Source: a virus (lineage: Duplodnaviria; Caudoviricetes). From it: a DNA stretch of 64,000 bases. A model generated the notes under the pieces. That model was not told where the DNA came from. It saw only the letters and a program-made list of their open reading frames with translations, and did no database searches. The stretch covers positions 22,768-86,767 of the IMG/VR virus record IMGVR_UViG_2930369814_000001. One strand, written 5' to 3'. Each line of letters begins with the position of its first letter. The stretch's first letter is position 1. Both the position numbers and the translations under genes were made by a program. Below are positions 8,207 through 16,694 of this stretch, one piece after another.

Positions 8207-9948
8207 CGCAGCACCACCACCCTCCCCTTGCCCGGCGACTTCTTCTTGGCACGCTTCGGCGAGTTGAGGATCATCCTGCGCAGCATCCGCGCCCCAACCA
8301 TGCACACCGCCAAGTCGATCTTCCGGGCAGACTCACGGTGCTCCTTGCCGATCGTCACGCCCCACCGGTTCGTCCGACGACGGGCGTTGATCACGTGCGT
8401 GCGGAGCGTCTTGTGCCCGTCGTGCGTCAGAGTCCGCTCCAGGACGTCGGCGTGCGTGCGCTTCACAGCCTCCGTGAACGTCTCCTGATTCCGGGGGTCA
8501 CGCATGTCCCAGCGCACCGCATGCGCCTTCGGGCCCGACAGCACCGACCGCAAAGCCAGCTTCCGGCCCCACTTCTGACCCCACAGGTCGATGAAGGCGT
8601 CCCAGTACATCTCGCCGTCATCGTCATCCTGACCAGAGCCCGGGTCAGCGAAGAACGCCAACACCCGAAACCGGGCGAACGCGTTCTCCACCACGCCGTG
8701 CACCTCGTCCCGAGGCACCCGATACGGCACGAAGCCAGGCGTGTTCGGCGCCGGCCAGTTCGCCGGCTTCTGCCACACCCCCAGCGCGGTCACGAAACCG
8801 TCCGACATGCGGCACGCGCACAGCCCAGTGGCGTCATCGCTCTTGGAGCCGTCAAAGAACAGCACGATCTCGTTGCCGTCCTCGAGCTGGAGGTCGTCGC
8901 GCTTACAGGCGTCCCACTCATAGCGGGCCATCCACGCATCCTCAGCCGCGACGATCTGGTTGTACCAGAACCGCCGCGATCGAGACGGAGGGTTCCGCGG
9001 GTCCAGGATCGACGCCTTCAGCCGGCCAATGTCCAGCCATGCCGAATCCCCGCGCACTGCCCGCAAGGTCGGCTCGATCCACGCTTCCGTCAGCTTCGCC
9101 TCCGGTGGAGCCTCCAGCGTGTCGTAGAAAAGGCCTGTGTCGACGGCCCGTCCAGCCTCCGCCGCCTCGTAGGCGTCGCGGGTGCGCTCGGCCACCGAGT
9201 CCTCGCCCGGCTCGAACGCGTTCGTATCCGCCAACGTCCTCGACTGGCCGTCCGCCGACTTGGTGGCGTTGCGCTCGATCACGGCCGCCATCTCGTGGCC
9301 CGAGTTCGACTCCAGCCAGTGATGCGTCTCCCCCATGTAGGTGGCCGTCGGCCGCCCACCTTCCAAAGCGCGAGGAGACGACGTCACGGCCTCGATCCGG
9401 GCCCGGCCCTTGTCGGCGTAGATGATCTCCTTGCCGAGGTCGATGCGGTACTCCTCGATCGCCCGCTTCGAGAACAGGCTCGGGAACAGCGTCATCGTGT
9501 TCCGAGTCTGATCCTGGCTGACTGCGGCCATCTGAACCCAGGCAGCCGGATGCTGCACGCCGAGCGGCTGCCCCGGCGGGACACCCCACTCGTTGCCCTC
9601 GTCGGCCACTTCGCCGAAGCGGCACGGGCCGACGAACTCAAACGCCCCCCACGTCGCCTTCAACGGATCCTTGCCGTGGCCCTTCAACCTCTGGAGCACA
9701 CCGTCCCGCCACAGAAACCGGTTCGTCTCCGGATCCATCGCGTACCACCACAAGGTCAGGCGCGCCTGCTCCGGCGTGTACTGCCACGCCTTCCCGACGT
9801 AGTGCTGCAGGTACGTCTTGGTCCAGGCGAGGCACTGCCAGCCCAGCGTGTACTCGGGCAGCACGAACTTGCCGTCCGGACCGCGCTTCCACGTCGGGCC
9901 GAGGGTGAAGGGTTCGACGACGTCGGGGACCTGCTCGTCAGTCTCCAT
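8203..9948 (-). CDS. terL: Terminase large subunit
   Basis: RLKGHGKDP Walker A, AAVSQDQT, EGGRPT, FDGSKSDDATG, KIDLAV. Confidence 0.95.
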   Translation of the reverse strand: METDEQVPDVVEPFTLGPTWKRGPDGKFVLPEYTLGWQCLAWTKTYLQHYVGKAWQYTPEQARLTLWWYAMDPETNRFLWRDGVLQRLKGHGKDPLKATWGAFEFVGPCRFGEVADEGNEWGVPPGQPLGVQHPAAWVQMAAVSQDQTRNTMTLFPSLFSKRAIEEYRIDLGKEIIYADKGRARIEAVTSSPRALEGGRPTATYMGETHHWLESNSGHEMAAVIERNATKSADGQSRTLADTNAFEPGEDSVAERTRDAYEAAEAGRAVDTGLFYDTLEAPPEAKLTEAWIEPTLRAVRGDSAWLDIGRLKASILDPRNPPSRSRRFWYNQIVAAEDAWMARYEWDACKRDDLQLEDGNEIVLFFDGSKSDDATGLCACRMSDGFVTALGVWQKPANWPAPNTPGFVPYRVPRDEVHGVVENAFARFRVLAFFADPGSGQDDDDGEMYWDAFIDLWGQKWGRKLALRSVLSGPKAHAVRWDMRDPRNQETFTEAVKRTHADVLERTLTHDGHKTLRTHVINARRRTNRWGVTIGKEHRESARKIDLAVCMVGARMLRRMILNSPKRAKKKSPGKGRVVVLR

Positions 9949-10189
9949 CGCCGCGACGGTCGTACAGCGGGGAGCGCCGCTTCAGGTCGTTGCGCAGCAG
10001 GCATGCCTCGATGTCGCCGCGGTCCGGCCGGTCGAAGAAGCCCCGCAGCCGGACCACGGCGAAGTCACGGAGGCCCTCAATCCGCCTCAGCGAGCCGGCG
10101 TACAGGCACTGCTGCTGCGGGATGCCTTGAAGCCGGGCCCACGCCTGCGCCTCGTCCTGACTGCCCGCACAGACGACGTACTTGATCAC
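9938..10189 (-). CDS. Hypothetical protein between terS and terL
   Basis: Compact ORF filling the gap; start uncertain. Confidence 0.55.
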   Translation of the reverse strand: MIKYVVCAGSQDEAQAWARLQGIPQQQCLYAGSLRRIEGLRDFAVVRLRGFFDRPDRGDIEACLLRNDLKRRSPLYDRRGDGD

Positions 10190-10190
10190 G

Positions 10191-10628
10191 TCAGCCCCCT
10201 GCGATGTCACGGTAGGAGTCCAGAGGGCTCACCGACGCCAACTGCAGGCCAGCGGGCTTCTTCCGCTCCAGCTCCATACGGGCCCGACGCCGGTCTCCCT
10301 CCGTCGTCAGCAGCGACGACATCACCGAGTTCAAGGCCGCCACCAGTTGCCCATTCGGGCCGCGCTCCGACAGCAGCACCTTCGACATCAGGTCCGCGGC
10401 ATACCGGGCCACAGCCCAGTCCGACGGCTCGTAAAAGGCCGCCTGGCCCGACTCCCGCAAGGACAGGTACCAGTCTGCAGCGATCGAATGCCACAGCGGA
10501 TCCGGTTCGGGAAGGTCAGGCATGCCTTCCGGCGCCCCCGCAGGGGCTTGGATGAGAGCCGGCCCGTCGCCCTTGTTGACGCGACGACGTTCCTCGCTCC
10601 GCTTGGGAATGGGTCCACGAGTGCCCAC
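10191..10628 (-). CDS. terS: Terminase small subunit
   Basis: GTRGPIPKRSEERRR, WYLSLRESGQAAFYEPSDW, LLTTEGDRRR. Confidence 0.85.
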   Translation of the reverse strand: MGTRGPIPKRSEERRRVNKGDGPALIQAPAGAPEGMPDLPEPDPLWHSIAADWYLSLRESGQAAFYEPSDWAVARYAADLMSKVLLSERGPNGQLVAALNSVMSSLLTTEGDRRRARMELERKKPAGLQLASVSPLDSYRDIAGG

Positions 10629-10734
10629 GACGACCTCCAGGGTCAGAGCGCGCCACCGGGGCGCACGGGCAGATGAAGGAACCCGCAGCGAGGGCGCCAC
10701 CAGGACGCCCCGGAGGTTCCACGAACTAGCAGGT

Positions 10735-10975
10735 AGGGCCTAGGAAACCCGTAGGCAGGGCCAGGTGCTATACGGCCCCGATCCGGGAAGATCGTCGGGA
10801 GGGGTGATCATCCCCGGGTTGGATCATGGCCTGCGTGATCTTGAAACGCCCTTTTGGATCATGAGATTTGGGGTCTTGGTGATCTTGCCGCCCTTGATCA
10901 ACAGGGCTCGGATCGACCTGCTTGATCTTGATTCTGTCGCAGCTCGCGATCACCATCACGACGCTGACGATCACC
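10735..10975. other. Putative packaging (cos/pac) region with GATC array
   Basis: Apparently non-coding gap upstream of terS containing 12 GATC. Confidence 0.5.
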
Positions 10976-11064
10976 GTGACCGCGTCGCCGTGCCTCGCCC
11001 CATGCCTGCCTGCCCTGCCCCGTCGGCCGGCCTGGTGGGCTGGCACCGTCGGGTGGGCGGCCGG

Positions 11065-11238
11065 CTAGGGGCTGGCGTGCTCCTGGCCGTCGAGGGAGTG
11101 GTGCACCAGCAGCCACCCGACCGACCCGTCGGCCTGGGTGACTGGTCTGGTCTCCGGTCCGCACACGCACTCGACCTCGGCCGTGCTGGTGTCGTGGTCG
11201 ACCTGGTCACCGATCGGCGTGACGTGCAGCGTGGTCAC
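11065..11238 (-). CDS. Small phage protein
   Basis: CVCGP...LLVHHSLDG; start overlaps upstream stop. Confidence 0.6.
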   Translation of the reverse strand: MTTLHVTPIGDQVDHDTSTAEVECVCGPETRPVTQADGSVGWLLVHHSLDGQEHASP

Positions 11239-11468
11239 CGTCGTCGGCCGACGTTGGCCCGGCTGCCGGTGTACACGCCGGTGTTGCGGCGGTGGAGGAG
11301 TTGGCAGTAGCCGCGCGCCCTTGCTCCCATGTACTTGGAGAGCTGCCTGTTGCACCTGGTCCAGTCGCCTGGTGTGCCCCAGCGGATCTTGGCGGCGCCT
11401 GGGCCGCTGGTCCAGTACCGGCGGAGGGTCTCGGCGTTGCCGCGCCGGCCACGTCCCTTGGATGCCAC
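11235..11468 (-). CDS. Small basic protein (YWT..G.GAAKIRWGTPGD motif)
   Basis: Motif recalled from actinophage head-region proteins. Confidence 0.65.
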   Translation of the reverse strand: MASKGRGRRGNAETLRRYWTSGPGAAKIRWGTPGDWTRCNRQLSKYMGARARGYCQLLHRRNTGVYTGSRANVGRRR

Positions 11469-11474
11469 AGGTCA

Positions 11475-11693
11475 TCACTCCTTCTGCGGCGCGGGTTCCT
11501 GGTCGTGAGGCTCCTGTTCTTCGTCTACCCGCTGGATCTGTGCACCGAGCGCGGCGGGGATGGCGAGGCAGATGCCGTGCTGGTCGGTGAAGATGGCCCA
11601 TCCGTCGGCGACGGTGAGAGCGAGGTGGTCGTCTTCTACGAGGACGTCGTCTTTGCGCTGCTCGCGCGGATGGACGATCAGGTATGCGGGCAT
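11475..11693 (-). CDS. Hypothetical protein
   Basis: Compact ORF in operon. Confidence 0.6.
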   Translation of the reverse strand: MPAYLIVHPREQRKDDVLVEDDHLALTVADGWAIFTDQHGICLAIPAALGAQIQRVDEEQEPHDQEPAPQKE

Positions 11694-11923
11694 GCCGTGG
11701 TCTCGCTGTCGACGCGGTAGGCGTCGTGCCCTTCATCGGGTGTGAGGCCCATGAGTGCGCCGAGCTGCGAGACTCCGTGGGTGATCGGGGTGATGGCGAG
11801 GTCGATGGGTCGGGCGAGGAAGACGTGCTTCTTCTGTGCGCTCCACAGGATCTCGGTCAGGGCGGCGGTCTTCGGGTCCTGGCCGTGCGGGACGCGAACG
11901 TAGGTTGTGAGCATGGCGGTCAC
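11678..11923 (-). CDS. Hypothetical protein
   Basis: Overlaps the HNH stop codon. Confidence 0.55.
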   Translation of the reverse strand: MTAMLTTYVRVPHGQDPKTAALTEILWSAQKKHVFLARPIDLAITPITHGVSQLGALMGLTPDEGHDAYRVDSETTACPHT

Positions 11924-12213
11924 CTCATTCCGGGGTGGGCTTCGGGCGGGCGTTTCCGTCCGGGCCGGGGGTTGGCGCGCTGGGCGTCGTTCCCTTCCCG
12001 ACTGCTTTTTTGATCATGACAGGGTCCACAGACGCCCTGAAGATCCGCAGGTCCGTTCCTGTCAGCCATGGCCACGATGTGGTCGCAGTGCGTGGACGGG
12101 CGGACGCCGCAGAGAACGCACGTACTGTCCCGGGCCAAAATCTCGGCACGGATGCGGTCCCAGCCTCTGGGCAGCCTCGCCTTCCGCCCCGAGTTCGACC
12201 AGCCGCCGCTCAC
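11920..12213 (-). CDS. HNH endonuclease (packaging-associated)
   Basis: ILARDSTCVLC...CDHI...LQGVCGPCHDQKS. Confidence 0.9.
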   Translation of the reverse strand: MSGGWSNSGRKARLPRGWDRIRAEILARDSTCVLCGVRPSTHCDHIVAMADRNGPADLQGVCGPCHDQKSSREGNDAQRANPRPGRKRPPEAHPGMR

Positions 12214-12479
12214 GAGTACGTGAGGGTGGCGAGTTCCATGCCACCCCCGTCGTAGTAGGTTGCGCTGCGGATGTGCGCGGGTCGGTCGGCGGTGAGTGTG
12301 AGGTCGGCCTCCATGGTGCGAGCATCGCCAGGTGCTCCCGGGATGTCGGCGCTCAGCACGACGGTGCCCTCGTTGTCGAGGTTGAGGGGCTTGTCGATGT
12401 CGGTGCCGCCGAGCTCGCGCAGGGCCGTCTCATAGAACGGCACCAGGAACTCGGCGACGCGAATGCTGACCTTGGCCAT
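12210..12479 (-). CDS. Hypothetical protein (possible paralog of 13292..13576)
   Basis: Coupled ORF; GAPGDARTME motif. Confidence 0.6.
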   Translation of the reverse strand: MAKVSIRVAEFLVPFYETALRELGGTDIDKPLNLDNEGTVVLSADIPGAPGDARTMEADLTLTADRPAHIRSATYYDGGGMELATLTYS

Positions 12480-12685
12480 CACGCCTCCTCGGGGCTGCGT
12501 TCGGTGTTGCTGCTGGGTGACCAGCCTGCGAAGCCGGCGCGTCGGTCGGTGGGGCTGCCTGCGATGGCGGCGTCGTAGAGGCGGATGGCGGTTTCTTCGG
12601 CTCGCCGGAGTGCGTCGTCTGCGCCTGTGATCTCGACGGTGACGTCGCGGATGCCGTCGGACAGCTTCACCGTGACGTCAGGCAT
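12479..12685 (-). CDS. Hypothetical protein
   Basis: Coupled ORF. Confidence 0.6.
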   Translation of the reverse strand: MPDVTVKLSDGIRDVTVEITGADDALRRAEETAIRLYDAAIAGSPTDRRAGFAGWSPSSNTERSPEEA

Positions 12686-13292
12686 CGGTGGCGGGTCCGG
12701 TCTCGCCTGCCTCGGTGGGCTGTGGCGGGTAGGTGGAGCGCTTGGCGGCCCGCATGGCGGAGGCGTAGCCGTTCAGGTATTCCGCCGGGGGGAAGGGCTG
12801 TTTGGCGTCGATGGCCTCGGGCTGTTCGGGCAGGCGCCGGACCTGTTCCAGCGTCTCGGCTTGCGCGTCGCGCTGTGTGCGTATGCCGCGTGCGGCGTTG
12901 AGGATGTCGTCCCAGTCGCGGAGCCGGTCCATGCCGAGCGCGTCGGTGAGGGCGGTCTTCTGTTCCTTGGAGACGCGCTTCCGGATGGCTTCGGCTTCTT
13001 CGCTGTGCCTGGCCTGCTGACGGAGTACTTCCATCTCGTCGACCGGGGTTCGCGTCGCTTCCGCTTCGCGGAGGTAGCCGCTGGTGTCGTTGGCGGGGAT
13101 GTCGATGGTGTCTTCGAAGACGAGGACGGCGCGGGCGCCGATCCGCTCCAGGAGATCGTCGGGGGTGCCGAGGTCGCGGCGGAGGGCGTCGAATCCGGCT
13201 TCGTCGGTGGGCACCTGGTCTACGACGAGGACGAATGGCGGCCGGTCGTCGTTGCTGCCTTCGGGGAGTTCGAGGATCTGCAGGCGGGCCAT
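12678..13292 (-). CDS. Hypothetical protein
   Basis: MARLQILELPEG...PPFVLVVD; coupled ORF. Confidence 0.7.
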   Translation of the reverse strand: MARLQILELPEGSNDDRPPFVLVVDQVPTDEAGFDALRRDLGTPDDLLERIGARAVLVFEDTIDIPANDTSGYLREAEATRTPVDEMEVLRQQARHSEEAEAIRKRVSKEQKTALTDALGMDRLRDWDDILNAARGIRTQRDAQAETLEQVRRLPEQPEAIDAKQPFPPAEYLNGYASAMRAAKRSTYPPQPTEAGETGPATDA

Positions 13293-13576
13293 CAGCCGGT
13301 CACCGCCTTGCGGAAGGGAACGATGGGCGCGAGGAAGATTCCGTGTTCGTCCCAGTAGTGGATTCCACTGATCTTGGGCTGCCCGTCGACGAGTTGCAGG
13401 GTCACTTCCATAGTCTTGGCCTGGTCGGGTGCGCCGTTCATCTGCATGTCGAGGATGGTGACGCCCATCGCCGTGGGGCTGGGTCGGCGTCCGACCTCGT
13501 GACCGTTGAGCATTGATCGGATCGCTTCGAAGTCGTCGAGCATCTCGTTCGCGATGTGCATTTCGACGGTGGCCAT
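13292..13576 (-). CDS. Hypothetical protein
   Basis: TGATG coupling at both ends. Confidence 0.65.
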   Translation of the reverse strand: MATVEMHIANEMLDDFEAIRSMLNGHEVGRRPSPTAMGVTILDMQMNGAPDQAKTMEVTLQLVDGQPKISGIHYWDEHGIFLAPIVPFRKAVTG

Positions 13577-13836
13577 CAGTCGGTCACCGCCTCGTAGGTG
13601 GCGGCGAAGACGTCGTCTCGGCAGGGGTAGAACTCGCTCTGCACGCCCTTGATGATCCAGTCTCCGTACTGGAACTGGACCCAGGTGTCGTGAAGTCGGT
13701 CGTAGACGTGGAAGTCACGGTCGACGTCGTTGAGCTTGACGAGCCCGTTGGTGAAGTCGATCAGTGTCCGCATGGGCACGTCCTCGGTCCACTGCACGGC
13801 CTCGATCTCGACGGGGCGCTTGCGGTAGCGGGCCAT
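13576..13836 (-). CDS. Conserved phage protein (YRKRPVEIEAVQW...GDWII...FYPC)
   Basis: Recognisable widespread phage motif. Confidence 0.8.
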   Translation of the reverse strand: MARYRKRPVEIEAVQWTEDVPMRTLIDFTNGLVKLNDVDRDFHVYDRLHDTWVQFQYGDWIIKGVQSEFYPCRDDVFAATYEAVTD

Positions 13837-14018
13837 CAGATGCTCACCGCCTTGGCGTCCGTCTGCAGGACGATGCTGCGGACGTTGATGGCGGGGATGT
13901 AGGCGGCTGCGGATCCGTCTCCGACCCAGGCGATGTACTGGCTGCCGGAGGGTTCGAGGTTGGCGGCCGTGATGGTTTCGGCTTCGCCGTCGAGGTAGGT
14001 GACGAGGTACTGGGCCAT
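13836..14018 (-). CDS. Hypothetical protein (array gene)
   Basis: Preceded by GGAGCCCGCGCC-ATG. Confidence 0.7.
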   Translation of the reverse strand: MAQYLVTYLDGEAETITAANLEPSGSQYIAWVGDGSAAAYIPAINVRSIVLQTDAKAVSI

Positions 14019-14043
14019 GGCGCGGGCTCCTGTGGGGTGGTGG

Positions 14044-14430
14044 TCAGGGTTTCCAGCGGGGTCCGCGTAGTGCGGCGGGCACGTCGCTGGTGGTGATGGG
14101 TGGGGTGGCGCGGATGTCGCTGAGGCCGAGGCGTCGGCCGTCGCGCGGCTGCGGTTCAGGCGGCTGTGACTGATCGAGGCTGGCGAGGATCTCGTCGGTC
14201 ATGCTGTGGGCGTGGGCGAGGTCGAGGAGTTCGGGGCAGTCACTCAGCCGAGTGTCGAGGTCGGGGCCGCAGCCTTCGCACCAGTGGCTGTTGGGCCAAG
14301 CCTGGTGCCGGGCGAGGATGCGCCGGTCGGCTTCGCAGCGGCGGAGTAGCGGCGTCGGGTCGCCCAGCATTGCCCGGCCTTCGCTCTCGGTCTCGTCGAC
14401 TTGCTGGGTGATCCAGGCGTGGAGATCCAT
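14044..14430 (-). CDS. DUF6221-like hypothetical protein (array gene)
   Basis: MDLHAWI...LLRRCEADRRILARH; junction motif. Confidence 0.65.
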   Translation of the reverse strand: MDLHAWITQQVDETESEGRAMLGDPTPLLRRCEADRRILARHQAWPNSHWCEGCGPDLDTRLSDCPELLDLAHAHSMTDEILASLDQSQPPEPQPRDGRRLGLSDIRATPPITTSDVPAALRGPRWKP

Positions 14431-14447
14431 GGCGCGGGCTCCGTGGG

Positions 14448-14705
14448 TCAGGTCACTGAGGCATGGCGGGCGATACGGCGGAGAGCACCCCAGCGGGTGA
14501 ACGTGTAGCCAAATCCGCAGCCCTCTGTGTGGGGTGTGCCGTTGCGGCCGTCGTACACGCCGGGACGTTGGGTGACGCGAGGCTCGTAGGTGCTCACGTC
14601 CCAGCGCCAGCGGAGCAGGCGGTGGAGACGGTGGCAGGTGGGCGCGCGACGGATCCGAAGTAGGCGGATCTCGTGCACGAGTTCGGGGTACCGGTCTGCG
14701 GCCAT
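14448..14705 (-). CDS. Hypothetical protein (array gene)
   Basis: Junction motif before ATG. Confidence 0.65.
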   Translation of the reverse strand: MAADRYPELVHEIRLLRIRRAPTCHRLHRLLRWRWDVSTYEPRVTQRPGVYDGRNGTPHTEGCGFGYTFTRWGALRRIARHASVT

Positions 14706-14727
14706 GGCGCGGGCTCCGGGGTGGGGT

Positions 14728-14967
14728 TCAGCGGTGGGTGAGCAGGAAGATGGTGCGCTTGCCGAGGCAGAGGCCGATCTCCCAGCTGCTGTTGTCGCGG
14801 GCGACGTGGACGGGCGTGAGGTGCAGCTGCCACAGCCAGCGGCTGCGCCAGTAGGTGCGGTAGCCGAACGGCTGGACGTGCCCGGTCTTGAGGGCCTTCC
14901 AGTGCCACGGCTTCTCCCCGCGCCAAACGGTCTTGATGAGGCGGGTGCTGTCGGCAGTCGTACTCAT
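14728..14967 (-). CDS. Hypothetical Trp-rich protein
   Basis: Coupled ORF with GGAG RBS. Confidence 0.6.
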   Translation of the reverse strand: MSTTADSTRLIKTVWRGEKPWHWKALKTGHVQPFGYRTYWRSRWLWQLHLTPVHVARDNSSWEIGLCLGKRTIFLLTHR

Positions 14968-15326
14968 GTCGGCTCCGGGGTGGCGATGCCGAGCGGTCCG
15001 GTGATCTCGTACTGGTCGAGCTGCGACAGGGCGTGGCCAAGTAGTCCACGCAGGAGGGCCCGCTCACGGGCGCTGTCGGGAATGCCGCCGGGCTGGTCGA
15101 CGACGCTGAACGTCTGCCCGTCGGACCACGCGTAGGTGAGCGCGGTCGGCTTCTGCTTGAACCGCTTCATCTGCTCGGCCGCGTACTCGTCGAGGATGCG
15201 CATCAGCTCTTCGCCGTCGATGGTGTGGCAGAGGGAGCAGGTGCGGACGGAGGCGCTGGCGTGGGCGGGCTTGTTGTACTCCCATGCGTGCTCGCACGGG
15301 TTGGGCATGGCGGTGTTCTCGGCCAT
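14964..15326 (-). CDS. Hypothetical protein, CxH/CxxC N-terminus (array gene)
   Basis: Junction motif before ATG. Confidence 0.65.
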   Translation of the reverse strand: MAENTAMPNPCEHAWEYNKPAHASASVRTCSLCHTIDGEELMRILDEYAAEQMKRFKQKPTALTYAWSDGQTFSVVDQPGGIPDSARERALLRGLLGHALSQLDQYEITGPLGIATPEPT

Positions 15327-15347
15327 GGCGCGGGCTCCGGGGTGGGG

Positions 15348-15659
15348 TTAGAGGTCGTCTTCGGCTGCGATGACGACGCGGCGGGCGAGGAGCGTGACGG
15401 TGACGTAGACGAGGCTGCGGTCTTCGATCTCGACGTCGTGCACCTTGACCGGGTGCTCGGCGGAGGCCAGGAGCGCCTGCCCGTTGATGCGGATCTCGTC
15501 GGGGACGACGATGCTGCCGCCGGTGGTGTCGTCGGTGGCGCGTCCGCGTTCGATGATCTCGATGACGGCACCGCGCGCGGGCCATGGACCGTGGTCGGTG
15601 GCGTCGGCGGGGTCGTTGAGGGTGGAGCCGAGGGTGACGGTCTGCTTGTTGTCGGCCAT
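15348..15659 (-). CDS. Hypothetical protein (array gene)
   Basis: Variant junction motif. Confidence 0.65.
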   Translation of the reverse strand: MADNKQTVTLGSTLNDPADATDHGPWPARGAVIEIIERGRATDDTTGGSIVVPDEIRINGQALLASAEHPVKVHDVEIEDRSLVYVTVTLLARRVVIAAEDDL

Positions 15660-15680
15660 GGGCGCGGGCCTTCCGTGGGG

Positions 15681-15863
15681 TCAGTGCAGGTGGATGCGGC
15701 GCACGAGAAACCCACTCCAGGTGCGGATCTCCTCGGTGCTGCCGTCGCAGTCCTTGATCAGGCAGACGGGCGGGCCGGGGTAGACGGCAGGTTCCGGCTC
15801 GGGCTGGCCGATGCCCAGATCGCGTTCGAGGTCCGCGATCCGCTGGTAGTCCGGAGCAGGCAT
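15681..15863 (-). CDS. Hypothetical protein
   Basis: CCCCACGGAGAG upstream of ATG. Confidence 0.55.
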   Translation of the reverse strand: MPAPDYQRIADLERDLGIGQPEPEPAVYPGPPVCLIKDCDGSTEEIRTWSGFLVRRIHLH

Positions 15864-15879
15864 AGTGCTCTCCGTGGGG

Positions 15880-16152
15880 TCAGGTGGCGTTGAGCTGCTG
15901 GGTCAGCGCGAGCATGTGTTCCAGGTGCTGCTCTCGTTCCTGTGCGCTGCGGCGGCAACGGTCGAGGAGGGCGTCCGTCAGGTAGCTGACGGCGCGGCCG
16001 TTGCTGTCGACGAAGCAGTAGCCGTCGTGGTGCCCGTCGCGCTCCGCTGAGGTAGCGCCCTTAGCCAGGAGGATCGGCATCCCGTCGTATCGGACGAGGA
16101 GCCCACGCTGCCGCTGCTGGAAGCTCAGGTGCGTGATGTCGAGGTCAGCCAC
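15880..16152 (-). CDS. Hypothetical protein
   Basis: GTG overlapping the methyltransferase end. Confidence 0.5.
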   Translation of the reverse strand: MADLDITHLSFQQRQRGLLVRYDGMPILLAKGATSAERDGHHDGYCFVDSNGRAVSYLTDALLDRCRRSAQEREQHLEHMLALTQQLNAT

Positions 16153-16684
16153 GGTTCCACCACCAGCACCCGAGCGTCGAGCCCTTGTAGCTCTCGACCC
16201 GACCGCCGAGTCCAGCCATAACGGCGTCCATGTCGTCCGCGTCCCACTGGTGGAGGTGGGCTTCGTGCGGGTTGCCGTCGACCTCACCCTGCGGGCTGTC
16301 GACGATGGGCACGGAGACGAGGATGTTCCAGGCTCCGGCGGCCACGGTGCGCTCCAGGAGGGCCACGGCGTCGTCGCGCTCGACGTGCTCCAGGACGTCA
16401 CCGAAGATCACGAGGTCGCGGTGGAACAGGTGGTCTGCCGACTCGCGGACGTCCTCGACGTGGATCTCGTCGTACATCCGCCGCGTCTTCGTCGACTTCA
16501 GCTTGAAGCGCTGGATGTACGGTCGATGCGCTTCGATGCCGGTCCACCACACGCCTTCGTGCACGGGCCGGAACAGCTTGGCGTAGGTGCCTTCGCCAGG
16601 CCCGACGTCGGTGACCGTGTTGGGCAGGTGGTGGCGGAACCAGGTGAGGGACCAGTCCTTGCCCTCAGCGTCGGATGTGGGCAT
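16145..16684 (-). CDS. Class I SAM-dependent methyltransferase (not DNA-MTase-like)
   Basis: VTDVGPGEG motif I; DLVIFGDVLEHV. Confidence 0.85.
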   Translation of the reverse strand: MPTSDAEGKDWSLTWFRHHLPNTVTDVGPGEGTYAKLFRPVHEGVWWTGIEAHRPYIQRFKLKSTKTRRMYDEIHVEDVRESADHLFHRDLVIFGDVLEHVERDDAVALLERTVAAGAWNILVSVPIVDSPQGEVDGNPHEAHLHQWDADDMDAVMAGLGGRVESYKGSTLGCWWWNRG

Positions 16685-16694
16685 GACGGGTCTC

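Larger units (their letters stand above)
14019..15680 (-). repeat. Start-associated junction repeat CCCAC-N-GGAGCCCGCGCC-ATG
   Basis: Exact 12-mer at 14019, 14431, 14706, 15327; variant at 15661; also at 1009. Confidence 0.9.

Noticed and set aside
4433-10185. Long plus-strand ORFs opposite the structural genes
   Set aside because: Antisense shadows caused by GC3 bias; no recognisable motifs.
14019-15680. CRISPR array or true integron
   Set aside because: The intervening sequences are whole genes, and there are no cas genes, integron integrase or attC-like palindromes.
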